Source: Tubulanus polymorphus
Lineage: Eukaryota > Animalia > Nemertea
Direction: 5' to 3'
Length of the DNA: 64,000 bases
NCBI RefSeq assembly: GCF_964204645.1
Contig: NC_134035.1
Coordinates: 2,790,001-2,854,000 of the forward strand
Numbering within the stretch: the stretch's first letter is position 1; each line of letters starts with the position of its first letter. This document shows, in pieces, positions 36,101 through 51,100 of the stretch. The notes below the pieces were generated by a model. The model did no database searches. It was not told the DNA's origin and saw only the letters and a list, made by a program, of their open reading frames with translations. Both the position numbers and the translations under genes were made by a program.

Positions 36101-39100
36101 GTCAGAATAAGAATAAAAAAGCCCTTTTTTATTACTTTGCACTTGGAAGACCTTCAGATCTTTCCTCCCCAAGGCTTTAATGACGGAATAATATCATCGT
36201 ATGAAATACAAATTTCAAAGCACCTCTAAACATCAACGTTTCGCCTCGCGTAGCGAAGTAGAAACAATCGGCTCAGTGATGATGACGGTAATCTTGCGCA
36301 ATTTCATACGAAATATGCTCCGTCTGCCCGTGGCGGAGACGTTGAGACTTACAGCCGCGACAGATGCAAGTCGTCGAAATCAAAGTCATTAACGAAATAT
36401 CTCCGAAAAGAAAAACAAAACCCAACGCAATCCATCACACCGAGGGAGATGATGAAATTGAATCATGAACGCTTCCACGCGAACTGTGTTTTATAAAGTG
36501 GATGTGACATTTATTAAGGTTATGATTTGATGGATCAGAGTGGTATTTGATCTCGCAAAACACATCAGTATCCATTAATACGCATTCTCCGTAATTCGTT
36601 CATCCTATCAGGGATCGTCGATGTTGATATATACGGTCGGCGGTGAGCGCATGAAACCGCTGTTCAAAAAAAAGAAACAAACCCCGATATGAAAGAAAGA
36701 CTACGCGATTAGAAGACGTTTCAACTTTGTTCTTTGAGCCACTTTCATATACACGAGCATGTCGAATCTGCTTATTTCGGTGCCCTGGTGCTTAAAGCCA
36801 AATTCACAATTCTAAAACCTAAGCGCATCTTGGTACTGCAATGATCAATCCAACAATTTCATACCATTCTAAGCGCCTTTTGGATCTACAATGATCGAAC
36901 CAACAATTTCAGACGATTTTTAGTATCATGGATTACATTGATTTCAGTGGCACACGTGCGCCATCTATATTGAAATTTGCCAGGTTTTTGAACGCGCCAA
37001 AAAAACACACTTATACTAATGACTGGACAAGACAAGGTAAGGTAAAATCAAACTGATAGGAAATAATCAATTTAGAGGTTTAGAAATGGCGACACACAAC
37101 AGGTTAAACAACTTAAGAAGAGTAGTAATCAATGGAAGAGGACCTAGTTGCGCAGTCGAAGACCTTCAGATCTCCACCCTTTAAGACCAATCTTAATCAT
37201 AAACCCATCTTTATTCTATATACAAAACTTTGAGCCCCAGTCTAAGCTGATTTTGGTCCTACAGTCGATCTTACAATTGAAGACCAGTCCAAGCTCATTT
37301 GGTTCTATAATAAGTTTTACGATTTAAGATAATTTCTGGGCTCGAGGCATGACTACGCAACTGGACCACAATGATTCTTGAAAAAAAAAAGTAACAATCA
37401 ACACAAAGTTATGACAGGAGTTAAAATAACGGAAAATAGCAAACATTTTTTTACGTATGGCAAATTCGTCAATAAGGATGTAATAAAGAATAGAATGATA
37501 CACGAAGAAGGAAAGCAACGCAAACAGGATCACAGAATAACTCCATGCTGAAATATAATAGCTTCACTCATAGTCGATTATACAAATAGGGATTGACCCT
37601 ACTATTTATTTGATAGGTAGATTTTGTTTGATTTTTATGATATGGTGTTGCTTACAAACCAACAACTTCTGCCGGGAGTGAAACAGGGGGTTTAAACAAC
37701 TTTCAACCATTGTTTTAAACTAAATTTTGATTTTCAATTCGAGTTCAAAATGGCCGTAGATATCTTGCCAGTTGTTCACAAGCTGAACCAGTGCGGTATT
37801 TGTTAGACAAACTATCGAGTGTCGGGACTCCGTAACGATTTATCAGATATCCCGAAATTTGTTTATTTTTCATAATTGATACAACAAAACCGATAGTCAG
37901 GTCTCCTGAAGTTCATTGTACCACTGTAATATCGAAAGGACATTTCACGTAGGGCCTACATAAACAGGGTGGCCACTTTCCACCCATCTACGAACGCCCT
38001 GAGTTTCCCCTGACCAGTTTTCCAATTCCCTTTGAGTGAATCAGAGAATTTACTAGTTTTAAAATGTTACAATTCATTCATTGTTCATCGAATCACGTAT
38101 TGATAAAGAACCACGTGGTCAATAGCATTATCCGAATTCCCTGAGTTTTCCAGGTTTTTGCTAAAATTTGTCAAATTCCGTAAATTTCACCTGAATAATT
38201 CTCGATTATTCCGATTCCCGGAGTTTTCCCGGTTTGTGGCCACCCCGATACGGAATTTCGGTTAAAACATTCGGAAAAACAGCAATCGGGACCGAGTTCT
38301 AGGGTAGGGAGCGCGACGACAGAAGAAACAGGACCCGTGTGGTTATTATCATTATTAAAGTTAGCATGCGTTCAATAAGAGTTAGAGGTAACAGATGTAA
38401 CGATGCAGTCGGTCATTTGCATGAAAACACACGAAATAGTAGTTAATATTTATATGATACGATATTGTCTCAGTTCGGAGGAGGTCGTTGTTATGGAGTG
38501 CACACAATCGCGGCGTACACCGCGCGGTCTCTTACGTTTGCGTTTAAGACGTTCGATCGTGCGGTCCCGTTCCAATGTCCGCTGTAACTCTGCAATCAAA
38601 TTCAAATATCGGGGATTTTTTCATCATTAAAAATCGTTTCGTTGAAGACAAAAAAGAAAAACATTGTAGCGCCGAATTTCTGAAAATTACAGCTCACATC
38701 GATAATAAATGAAGATAAAGAACTCAATGACGAACAACATTACGTTTCTGTTTTCATATAAATGAAGATCAGCGAATCCTACACAGACGATAAACTCACC
38801 TTGAGCGGCGTTGATCGCTGGCATCGATCCCGTTTTTGCGAGTTCGATTTTCAGATCCATTATCTCGCTCTCCCGTTCGTTCAATCGCGAAGTCAAGTCG
38901 TTTATTTGTTGCTGAAATGAAAAAATAAATAAGTAAATAGATAAACAATGTTGAAATAAGATGTATTCACTGCTGACTAATTAATACCCGAAAGTGCTGG
39001 AGATAATTTGAAAATTTATAAAAATTACACCCCAGCGTCTTGAATAACGGGCAGTACCGTTAATTTGCATCTATACCACAGCGCGGTGTATCTTTACCCT

Positions 39101-42100
39101 ACTAATGTTTGGCACCACAGTGCGGAGTATGAATCGGTGATGGACTTTGAAGGTACACCGCAGTGCGATGTATTAACTAATGTTGGACTTCATATCGACA
39201 TTATCAGTAATTAGCTATCATCTCTACCGAAAGATGGCAGCACCTGTCAAAACATAGTGAAATATTAGTAACTAACGATACACCGCACTCTAGTGTAGAC
39301 ACACTAAAGCAGTATGCCTATTATTCAATACACTGGATATGGATTTTCTTAAGGACTTCAAATTATCTTCAGCACGTTTGGGAAGTAACTAGTCAACATT
39401 GAAAGGGTTTAGAAGTTTAAACCATCCACATTCGTAAATCAAGGATTGACTTTTAATAACTGGTATAATTATGATATATTCAATAGCGAACGGATCATGA
39501 TTTTTTCCGATATTCGAGTCGAGCTCCGTGGAATATCAATCCCGACTATATTTCATCTGCGGTAAACGGTATCGTGTCGTAGTTGATTTATGGACAATAC
39601 GTTAATTACGAGAATTACGACGACGACCGTACAAGTCGGGATCGACTGCCGACGGAAAGTATTAAATCATAAATTCTGAAGAAGAATTTTTTCGACGACT
39701 TATCGACGTTAAAAAATGAGCTTATGATATTCTCGGAACGGAGGCGCTCCCCGAAACTCAACAACGAAGCGTAATGGATTTTGTTAGTATTCCAAATTAG
39801 GCTTTTTTTAAATTACTTGCAGTACGGATCCGATCAATTATTTCCTTAATATTCATTTTCCATCTGAATTTTCGATAAAAAAATGCATTAAGTTAGTTTT
39901 CTCATCCCATCATTCGAATTATATCCAACACTTTTTTCCCGATCCTTCCAAAATTTTTCTGGAAAGTATTCGAATGATTAGAAATAGGTATCGGCGTATA
40001 CGAAAATTATTGCAACGCTTTTTACGGTATAAAAAAAGTATATTTATGAATTTGTAATTGTTATGTTTAAACGCCAATATCGATGACATAGTGCACATCG
40101 ACTCGCACGGAACCCCTTATATAATGCATACTAGACTTTGTCATCCGTTTCAAGACTGAGAAACGTATCTTATCTGATAAACATAGAGCTAGGAAGGTAT
40201 AGGAACCTACCAGCGGAAGAGAGACTATGCCCTTCTTGTCCTGAGCGAGTAGTTGAGACAGAAATTCACTTTTTGTGTGAATGTCTAGCATATAGTGATT
40301 GCCGTATTACATTGTTCGCTAAAATCAAGGAACCCTTAGACATTGATATGGATATTTTATCCACTACGGACCAATTGTCCTTGATTCTAGCGAGTGATCA
40401 CATTATTAATCGCGTCTGTAAGTTTGTAAATGAGGCGTCCATTCTTCGTAATGCACCGCCATAATGCATTTAACCAACAGAACTCCTTTTTGTCTTGTAA
40501 GCCTATATAGGCTGGCTTTTAAGTATGTATAAAAGATGATAATAAACTACTAGGTATCAATGTAAAAAAGATTATTGTTATTGTAACGGTTTTTACAGCG
40601 TCGAAAAAGAAATATTTCGAATGTACACATATACATGAAATAAACGCCGACTGGGCAGACGGAATCTTATGATTTCCGGTGAATACGCATCGGAAAGAGA
40701 TGATGAAATAAACCCATCATGATTATTAGGAAACTACTCCCAATATATCGGGACTAGATACAACACGTAGGCAGCACTTCTACAATTCCGCGAAAGCCAA
40801 TCTGCATCAGTCCGATTCGTACGCGGGGAAAAAACGTCTCGAGTCGATGTCGTCGTCGTCGGCACGAAGGGCGGGTTTCTATTCGACGAAACGGAAACCT
40901 TAGCAATACGCCCTCGCGATATATAACTTGATCTTTGACGTCGGGAGAAAATTGGAACGTAACTTCGCAAGATTCTCATTCGAAATGGATATTAGTTGCT
41001 CAGCCTAGCGTTTTTATAAGCTGCAATCACACGAACGTTTCCGGCCCGGTGCCAAATGGGCTCGTGCCAAAAACGTCGGACCAGGCCCAAGCAGAGTTTC
41101 TAGCATCATGTGCCTATACGATTGAAAGCTTCCCCTTCCTACCCATATTGTTTGGAAAGCGCAACTGCATATGCATATATTATGCATTTACATATTACAT
41201 ATTACACTTATACTTCCTTGAAAATCATTCAATGGCGCCATCTATACGTTTCTGTACGTAAACATTTATATCTGGCACCATCTATCTATACCCAAACCCT
41301 GAAGAGAGGTAACCAGACAGCGCGTCCACACCTGCCAATTCTAGCCAGTTCAACAATAGCGCAGTACAGCGACCGAAAAATGTCAGTCGGCGCTAATTAG
41401 GTTTATAGTTTAACAACAACCGGAATTTCAGCACTCGAGTGGTTAATGTCTTACTGTGTGCCCTACACTACATACATAGTTTCGCATAATCAGAAAGGTA
41501 GAAGCCTTCTCTGGATAAACCCTACCCAATCCTCATCGAAACAATGTAGCATACACGACGACGATCTATCTGCCATTTTTAGGGTTTTCCGGTCGTTCCG
41601 CAAAAAACCCTATTGTTATTCTTAATAAAGCATGTATCATGAATCGTGGTTTGTTCTACCAGTTATGGATAGATGGCAGATCAATTCCACAGTGTATGAC
41701 CGGGCTACGGACTAAGATTTCGACACATCAATTCGATAAGGACTTATTGCTTGCGAGTAACCATTAACGCAGAAAACCCGTTATCGCTGCTAAGCAGGGC
41801 TGTATTCAACGTTGAATTCAACGAAGGCTTTCCGCGCAGTCCTAGAAAATATTTCCAATCAAGGATCGGTATGATACCCGAAAGCTATTAGATAGCGCGC
41901 GTGCTTCCTGACCACGCGGCTACTCTACATCGCACCGAAGAAAAGCTCATTACGTTATAAAACATAGCCGATAGCTAATAATATAAGAATGCTCATAAAA
42001 ACGCGACGTCAACACCTGATCTCTATATACGCATAGCGCGTGTGTATATAGAACGACAATACCTCCGATGTGATCGCGCGATACGACTCTCGAGGAACCT

Positions 42101-45100
42101 TGAATAACCCGTACGTCATCATCTCTCTCGAGAAGAAGATCGTATTTTAACTTCAACGAGATTATTTGAAGCCGCTGATAACAATGAGAGGGGGATCGCG
42201 AGAGAGCGAGCGAGCGCTCATAAAAATGATAAGATAATAATGAGATTTTTTGCGAGTCGACTATTTTCTGATTCAGTCAATATTCAGGAATCTTCAGTAT
42301 TCATGAATATGATTATTAGATCATAGCGCATAATAACAATACAGTAACATTCGCGACTATTAAAATATAGTGCAAAATAACAATACTTTATCATACGATG
42401 CACATAAATGTAAGATATCTTTTAGAATCAGTAGCTGTAAAGTATATCATGTTTTTTTTTTTTTCAAAATGTCAAACGTTCTCCGCGTGGATCATGTTCG
42501 CGTTGACAACCGACAGTTGAAACCAGTACTACATTCAATTTCTAAGTAAATCTCCTTCATCTACGGTGTTCTAACGTGATCAGATGAGATTTAGAGACCG
42601 ACGCAAGACCGTAAGCGGCACCAAAAAATTACGTTCTACGTCACTAATCTTGATAAGCGATGTCGTACAGCGATTTTACGGGGTGGCCATATTTTTCATA
42701 ACGGCCTATAGATCATTTCTATTAATCGTCCCATTGATAAGCACGTCATCTAGCGGGATAGCTGGTGCATCATGGTGTCCTGATTCATTAGCACAGAACG
42801 CTGCTGTATGCCCCACAGAGAACTACGCTAGCTACAGAAGGGTTAGGCACGTAATTCTATGTTCGAGGTTGAGCCGTAATAAAACATCCTCGCGACCTAC
42901 CTGCGACTGAGTGAGCTTTTCCTCGTTGTCCTGACGATCGCGTTCCGACGACGTCAGCCGAATTTTCAAATTCGATATTTCGGCCATCAGGTCGAGTTTG
43001 TGCGTTTCGAGAGACGTTCGAGACAGCAACTCCTGTAAAATACAAAACCATCGAATAGCGTTAAGACAGCGTTTAGAATTTGAATTTGTCTCGGGTTTCA
43101 GTGAGTAGACTACATGAGTTGGATGAGCGCTGAAAACCATACATCTATCATAATTCCATGCATTATGACTATAAAAAATTAATGCTGGATACTCGCCGTA
43201 GAAATGAACAAAAGATAATCAGAAGACTTCGAGGCTCTGTCATGTAAATCAGTCATCGTAGTTAAGTCGAAAAAGCATATAGCCGCAAGGGCTATATACG
43301 TAATAGAACACAGAGCTGCAAAACAGGGCTCTCGGTTTTATAGACTGAGTATCTAAGTTACCCTAGGGGTTAATCCTCAATCTGGGTAACAACCACCATA
43401 GTAACAATGAGAAACCATGGGCCGGTTTTATAGACCGGTATTACCTTTAACCCGGGGGCTAACTCAACTCATTTTCAATTGAGTTAGCCCGCGGGTTAAA
43501 GGTAATACCGGTCTATAAAACAGGCCTCATGGTTATAACAACTGACAAATTTCAAAATGTTTGCAGGGATTATTTTGCTTCCATGTCTATGAAACCCAGC
43601 CCAGGGGTCTCGTTCATAAAACCGCTAATGCCCTGTTTAATACAGTTCCATTGCATAATGCAATCATTGTGACTGCACTCGGGAAAAACATTTTATTGTT
43701 TTAGACAACTAAGAGTTAAGATGGTTGCTGGAGTTCATCAGATTTGAGTTCATCAGATTTGATTTGAGCGGTGTCTACTGAGTAGCATTCATCAGAATGA
43801 AAGATCAGAGGGTTGAGGGGTCCAAAATAATGCCTGGGAACGCCATAGAATCGGTCAGTTATTACCGTCTCAACAATACGTAGTGTTTGTCAGTCGTGTC
43901 GAGATGATTTACGCCGAAGGGATAACCCTGATATACCCACGTCTAAAAATGTAATAAAAACTTTATCGACCCGTAATGCATAGATTTACATTCTAGGGAT
44001 AAGCACGATAAAGATACGGCAAATACAGAACAAGAAATAACGGTTAGATACATTCCGATACAAATTTCGCTAACTTAGGCAAAATGGCGGAGTACAAGGT
44101 GTCATCATTGAAGATATTGAATCTGATTGAAATGTAATTACAGGTAGAGGTTTTTTTGTTCGGTATAAATTTACAATGAAACCGGGCCCAGCTTTTTGAA
44201 GGAGAGATGCCCTTTCGGAGATGAATCAGTAAATGAACAGTCCGATTTCCCGACTAATAACCGAGCGTAACGAACTGATTGCGAATATTGATGAAGCGAA
44301 TGACGACGTATCACGCGGACGCCGACGGATATAATATCGTTCGGTGACGATCATTTTCAGAAACAAAATAGTCAATTGTCTCGTCATCGTCAGTGATCGT
44401 CGCCGGTGAGCTCTCCTCGTAATAAACTCGATATCGGTGTTCATCGCGATGAAATTATTCACATGAATACGACAATAACGATGCTCAGGTTTTGTTTTAT
44501 CAGTATTTCTATGATCATATATATTCAGTCGCATTCACGCTATCATTCGTTCGTCCATTCTTATCTATCATTATGTATAAATAGAAAATGTAGAACAGTT
44601 CACAGTTCTGAAGAATTCATTCAAACTTAATCATATTCCATATATAGAGATGTATGATATGAGGTTTCCTTACGATACATTACGTCAACTAGTTGCCAGA
44701 GATACAAGTGCGTAAATAATATCAGGAAGGTTCTTTCACAACATCAGGAAGGTTCTCTCTCAGCATTAGGGAGGAACCTCCCACCATCTGGGAGATTGCC
44801 TCTACCATCAGGAAGTTTCCTTCCCATTATCAAGGAGGTTCCCTCCAAGCATCAGGAAGGTTCTCTCCTAAAAACAGGAAGGTTCCTTCCCATTATCAAG
44901 GAGGTTCCCTCCAAGCATCAGGAGGGTTCTCTCCTACCAACAGGAAGGTTCCTTCCCATTATCAAGGAGGTTCCCTCTATGCATCAGGAAGGCTCTCTCC
45001 CAGCATCAGGAAGGTTCCCTCCAAGCATCAGGAAGGTTCTCACGTATCTCCCGAATAATACGTAGCAAAAATGATCTAAACGTTTGATGATGGGTTCAGT

Positions 45101-48100
45101 TTTTTAGCTCAGATGTTTGATACTGGTGTAATGTGCGTGCGTCAATGAGCCGGTACTCACCCGGATCGTTCAAACAGTTAGTCGTCTGCAGCTATCAGTC
45201 GACTGCAGGTTCAATTAATTGTCGTTCAATATTTAACGAGTTGATACAACTATACGTCGCACCTCCGGGGCTTGTTGTGTCGATGTGTATTTTACGCGCG
45301 ATGATTTTCTGATTGAAAGTTCTACCGGACAACTGAAAAGGCTGCTGCAGTGGCCGGTCACGCGTGCAACTATTCACATAATGTCATTAACTGTAACCGT
45401 GTAACCAGACTCGTGAAGTGGTCCGGACCGGCGTAAACGGTTGGGGCCGATCCAAGGGGATACACACTGAGAAAAGTATCGAAGCATAAAGATAATAGAC
45501 TCTGGACAGGCTAGAGTAAGAGAATAGGGGGCCAGCAGCAGCAGCAACGTCTTTCCAAAGGAAGATCTCTAGATGTGTCCCTTTTGCCACTCGACACCCT
45601 GAATTGACTGACCATACCGATTACACCACTGCGCCAAGTGAGAATCAGATGGTGAACCTGATTCCAAATTCCCTATCTGAAAAATAGGCAACTGCTTGCC
45701 GATGCCTTATGACCCGACAATCGGGTCAGATCTTATCAAGAGCAATTTTAGGGGTGGACTGGCCCAGATAAGAGCCAGAAAAACCTTTTTTGAGTGAAAG
45801 TTTCTGTGTGAGGACCACGAGAGCCCCCACCAATATTTCACATGCAGCCCTGGAATTGCCAAATCTGCCCTTCTCTATTTAAATTCTCGTTCCAGTTTTC
45901 AGGTTCACCCCTTCGACTCCAAAATTTGCCCTGGCGACACCAGGTCAACCGAGCTGTTACCGCTATTGGAAATATATGAGATAGCTTAGTGTCAATTGAG
46001 AAATAGATAGAGAGAGAGACCCGAGATATACGACTAACCTGCAGCTGACTATACTCCGGACTCTGTAGTAGTAATACACACGCATAGATCGGTAATATAT
46101 TCACAATGGGAACTCTGTGCACGGAATAATAATAACAACGATATATAATTGCTTCGATCACAGTAGTGACCTACATAAATAACTGATGATGAAAAATGTC
46201 TCGTTCATGAAAAACAAGAGTCGCAAAAAATTGCGCAAGCAAAATAACGTGATTTTCACGAGAAAAAAGGTGCCTATTGATGCAGATATCTAACACAATT
46301 TCGTGCGCACACACACACAAAAAACATGAACTCTGTCCTATAACTAAAACAAGATCATATGGAAATATACCATATATGTATAAAACCATCGAATGAGAAG
46401 GCAATTACAGCTCGCTTACGAATTTCCTTGCAAAAACGGTTTGATGATATATTATCCACAGGAATGAAAGCCTAACCTAACTTCGACACTATTCAAGTCG
46501 TTCTGAGTAACTTTTCATACCTGGAAATATAAAAAACCCGATAAAAGAGCAACTTGGAAATTTTATCGGGAGGTCCGGACCCGCCTCTTAAATCCACCAC
46601 TAGCTGCTAGGAGATATTATGCGGTGATTACGTTGTGAAGTAATAAATATCTATTTACCGGTGCTAATAGTCGTTTATAGCGTCCTTCTCCTATCTGTAT
46701 GCATTACTGAATATATCCTACTATAACGCGCGCATGCTCTCTCCGTGTAATGTATATTTATTACGCTTTAATCGCTTTAATTCATTATCCCGGTTTACGA
46801 TTTACAACCGACGACCGTGGCAGAAATAAACGAGAAATCATCGAATCCGCGTCGTCGAATCGGTATTTACAGCGCTTTTTAGTTAAACGTCGTGTATTAT
46901 TAGTGAATGTAGGCACTGCGATATTGTCACCCAGTACGACTACGACCACGACGTAACAGGTGCTTTGACTGTTTTATAGACAGTTCCACGCAGTACTGCG
47001 CCAGCTAGTTCTATATCGAAATACTATATAATCACGAGTCTGATTTCGATCCTTTATACAATATCTGGCCTTGACAGGAGTTCGAACCTGATGAGACTTG
47101 CCATAGTACAAAACCTTGCTGCAATCATCCTCCCACAACAGGGATTCAAACCTGATTTGAGATTGAGACTTGCCACGGTATGGAACCCTGCTCCAATCAC
47201 CCTCCCCGGCAGGGATAAGCCTGATGAGACTTCTCGCACTACAAAACCCTGCTCCAATCATCCTCCCTTGACTTGTGGCAAGCAAGGATTCACCAGGTGT
47301 CGCTAGCGCGCTGTAAGACATCAACTACTGCGGCAATACAGATTCCACATGTGGCAAGTGAGGATCCAACAGGTTCGCAAGTATAGCTATACTCGGTCCG
47401 CATCTCCTTGATATTGAAACTGTCTGAAGTAGGCTTTAATAATATTCATCCCATGGAGCGTATAAAGTTGATAGCCATCGTCGTTGAACTGAAATAGCTG
47501 AATTACAGGGCAAAGTGCTCTTTTGAGTGTTGCCATTACTTGGATGAGTCTCCGGTTAATAGGTACGAAATCTATTTAACCATCGTATACCAGCTCTTAG
47601 AAACTAATGGCCGTCAAATGTGCACTCCTGATTTTGCCCTGAATATAGGATTCGTGAAATCCAGAATTTTCAAATCCTCTCAATCGAATTTCAAAATACC
47701 AGAATATTTCAAATTTTTCATGTAAATTTTTCCAGATTTCTCAAAATTTTTCGCATGAAAATACAATAATGTAAGCGCTTACTGATCACAATCTGGCGAG
47801 GGATTAAAATGAAATCTCTTAAACAACTAAGCTGCGCGGACAGACGGTATACAAAATAAAGAGGGGATTAAAACATTTTGACACACATTTCTCTTGAATT
47901 TTTCATAGATTTTCAGGATTCTTCAAATTGTTCATATTTTTCTCCACATTTTCCCCATTTTCCTGATTTTTAAACCTTTTCAGTGCATCTATACACCGTA
48001 GTGCGGTGTATAAATCAGTGATTGACTTTGCTTGTACACCGCATCACGGGGTATTGATGTTATGGACTTGGCTTAAGTAATTAGTTTTTATCTCTATTGA

Positions 48101-51100
48101 AAGATGGCAACCTGTCAAACATAGTGAAATATAAGTTACTAATAATACATTGCACCGTGGTGTAGACGCGCTATAGCGGTATACCTGTTATTTAACACAC
48201 TGGGGCGAAATCTTGAAAATTCTCAAATCATCGCCAGCACTTAAGGGTATCGATTAGTCAGCAGAGATGAGGTCAAGACATCAATCTTTCAAATCAGTCA
48301 GACTCCTCTAAACATGCTGCGACTCAGAATCCGCGCCCGTTGAATGGTTATCGAATGACACCGATATTGTAAATCATATTTGACTACGTTGACTTGTTAT
48401 CATGATATATACCCTATAACCATGTCCGGTATGATAACTGTATGGATTATCGGGAGAGTGTGCGCGTTCGCGGAGTCAGAAATCGGAACGGCTTCATCCT
48501 ATCTCCGACATAAGACATGCAATTGTAATTAATTAAACCGTTGTTAATAGTTGACCTTCCGTCGTCGTCGTCGTCATCGTTGATGTTGTGTACGTCGCTC
48601 GCACGTAGAGGGAGAGAGTTACAATACATCGTATGAACATCGATAAGACTGCTGAATAATTAGCCGTGTTCACACACGCAGACACTGCACGGATCGGACC
48701 TGAGTCGAATTTGGCCCGTGCCTAATTAGAGAGCGTGTTCGCACGTAAACCAGGCACTCGATATTAAATAATGCTTAATCAAAGTGAAGCGAGTCCTTTC
48801 CGGAATCGGTAGCGAGTCAAATACTAAAATTTGGCTCGGGCCTGGTGTGACGTTTTAGGCACAGGTCAAATTTGGCCTGGGCCAAAAGTGCTTATGTGAT
48901 CGCAGCTTAAGTCGTAACTTTGTTCACTTGTGGTTCAAGCCCATTATACACTGATATAGGTAAATATTGGCTTAGCTTGTGCTCATTGCAAGCCTAGACC
49001 GTGGCATGTCAACCGCAACCTCCCCACCACCCCCCAGAAAGCCAGCAAATTACTAACACTCATCGCCCATCCCATCGCATACAATTCGAGTTCAAATTTT
49101 ATTTGCTACGTAATCGAGTCGTTTCGTTATTCAATTAAACGAGGTTGATTCGGTACTTTCACGCGGGAAGCAAAAATAAACAAGAGATTTCGCTATGAAA
49201 AATTCATTCGTCGCGGGAGATTCGTCTATCGATTCGTTTTCGATTCATTTCAGCGATGTTGTTGCCGCCGACGATATTACTTCTCCGCATTCGACGGCCA
49301 ATTAACCAAGAAAACAGTGCTATATCGAATTAACGACTAATTACCTCGACGAGTACAAGCACCTGCTTGTCGTTCGCGTGTAAGTTAATAAAGGCACTAA
49401 TAACCGAACGAAAATCGTCGCTACGCGGCACCAATTACGAGACGAAATTCGCTAATTACGGCCGCGGATGCCGTTATCGCCGGTGTCTGGCGTTTGCCGG
49501 CGAAGTCGGTCGCTCCGCGCGGTGCGCAGGGCTATAAACGTTAGATCAAGGACGTCGTCTGAAGTGGAATATAAGAATTTGCAGACAAGAGGTTCATAGC
49601 GTCCAAGACCAATGTTATCTAATGACTTTCAAGGACTTCTTAACTTTGATTCCAGGACTTATAATATATATATATAGGCATCACGCTTAATCAAGCTAGG
49701 AACCTTGAAATCTAAATTTTACATGCATTCTTATAATCAGTAGTTTTGAAGAGCTGTAACAGTGAACTTGGATCTTGGATCTTTAGATAATAACTAATGA
49801 CTGATAACTAATGACTGATGCCATTCGAGGACCGTGACAACGATTCAAGGATTTCAGAGCCTATTCCACAATACTCAAGGCCTTGAATTTCAAAACTGTT
49901 AAGGACCTTCGAAGACTGCTATGAACCCTGTGAGTGTTTTGAGAAGGCTGCACACAAGTAGCGGGTTTCCCAAATAGTGCTAGAAACTATTCCAAGAAAT
50001 GTACACCTGAGATGTTATCTGTGCCGGAGATGATGAATATCAAATGTACAGGTTTCCGGTTCAGCGCAATATAAAGGGCAGACCCCTAAGAATAAGCTCC
50101 TTACTGGTTCCCTGAGACAACACGTCTCATAATTACCCAGTTCCTGTTACATACCACATACAGATTTCAGGGGTGGCTAAATGCAATACCACAGGGCCGG
50201 GTGGCATAGAAAAACCATTGGCGATCACTACAAAGTTAGAAAATATTGGCAAAAGCCATAGGAAAGGGTACAGTACTCGACGGAAATACTATAATCCAGC
50301 TATGCCACAAGGTGCCCGCAGCTTGGGTTTTTACCTAGCGAAAATGCGTTATTTTCAATTGTCTGATCTCAGAAACCATTGTTTCCTGCAGGGAAATGCT
50401 CGGAATTTCCTGTTTCGATGTTGTCCAGCATCGTGCGCGTTGGGCTTCGATGAATCTCATCGCGGCCCTTCCCCAGGATGACCTTCAGATGCACGATCGC
50501 CGACAGACCGTCGGGTCTCCGGTGGGAAAAATCACGTCAAATCGGAAATCGCTCAATAAAACGACTCGCGATCGCGAAATTCCCTTTTAATGAGAGAAAA
50601 AAAAACCGACCTCATTTCGCGGATGCGACATGATTTCTTGCGCGAGTATAAAAATCGACGGCAGACGACGGCAGACGACGGCAGAAAGGATTGTCGTGTA
50701 GAACACCGGTTCGTCGAGATCAAATGTCGTGCGAAATCTTTTTTCGCCGTTCTACCTGAATTCCCGGGATAGAGAGATCGATGATTCTAACCAGGGATAT
50801 AGAATCGATGGATACCGAACACTAACGCGATACCCTCCCAATTCCCACTCCTGATACTGATGATTTTATGACGAAAATTTGCCGTTGCTATCGTTAAGCC
50901 GCCTATCGCACGCGGGAGATGATGACGTCTAGGTCAAACTGGTCCTGACCAGCCCAGGTTAATTTGTCCCGTGCTTAATTAGGGCACTTTCACACAAATC
51001 ACTCACTCCTCATTAAAATGCACAGGTTTCGAAAATTTTTACCAGGGGAATTTTTATGTAAGGGATCTTTACCAGGGGATTTTGACCTATAACTGCTGTG

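Noticed and set aside
44796-45065. Repetitive ORF with a 22-aa period
   Set aside because: Translation of the 66-bp repeat; no splice or homology support.
45600-45732. tRNA- or snRNA-like segment on the minus strand (ggcgcagtggtgtaatcggt; aatttgga)
   Set aside because: No cloverleaf, properly spaced B-box or recognisable snRNA structure.
47072-47267. Hammerhead ribozyme/retrozyme (CTGATGAG core in tandem units)
   Set aside because: No copy has the required GAAA after a clean stem II (CAAAAC or GGAAC instead), and no valid NUH site with stem I could be built.
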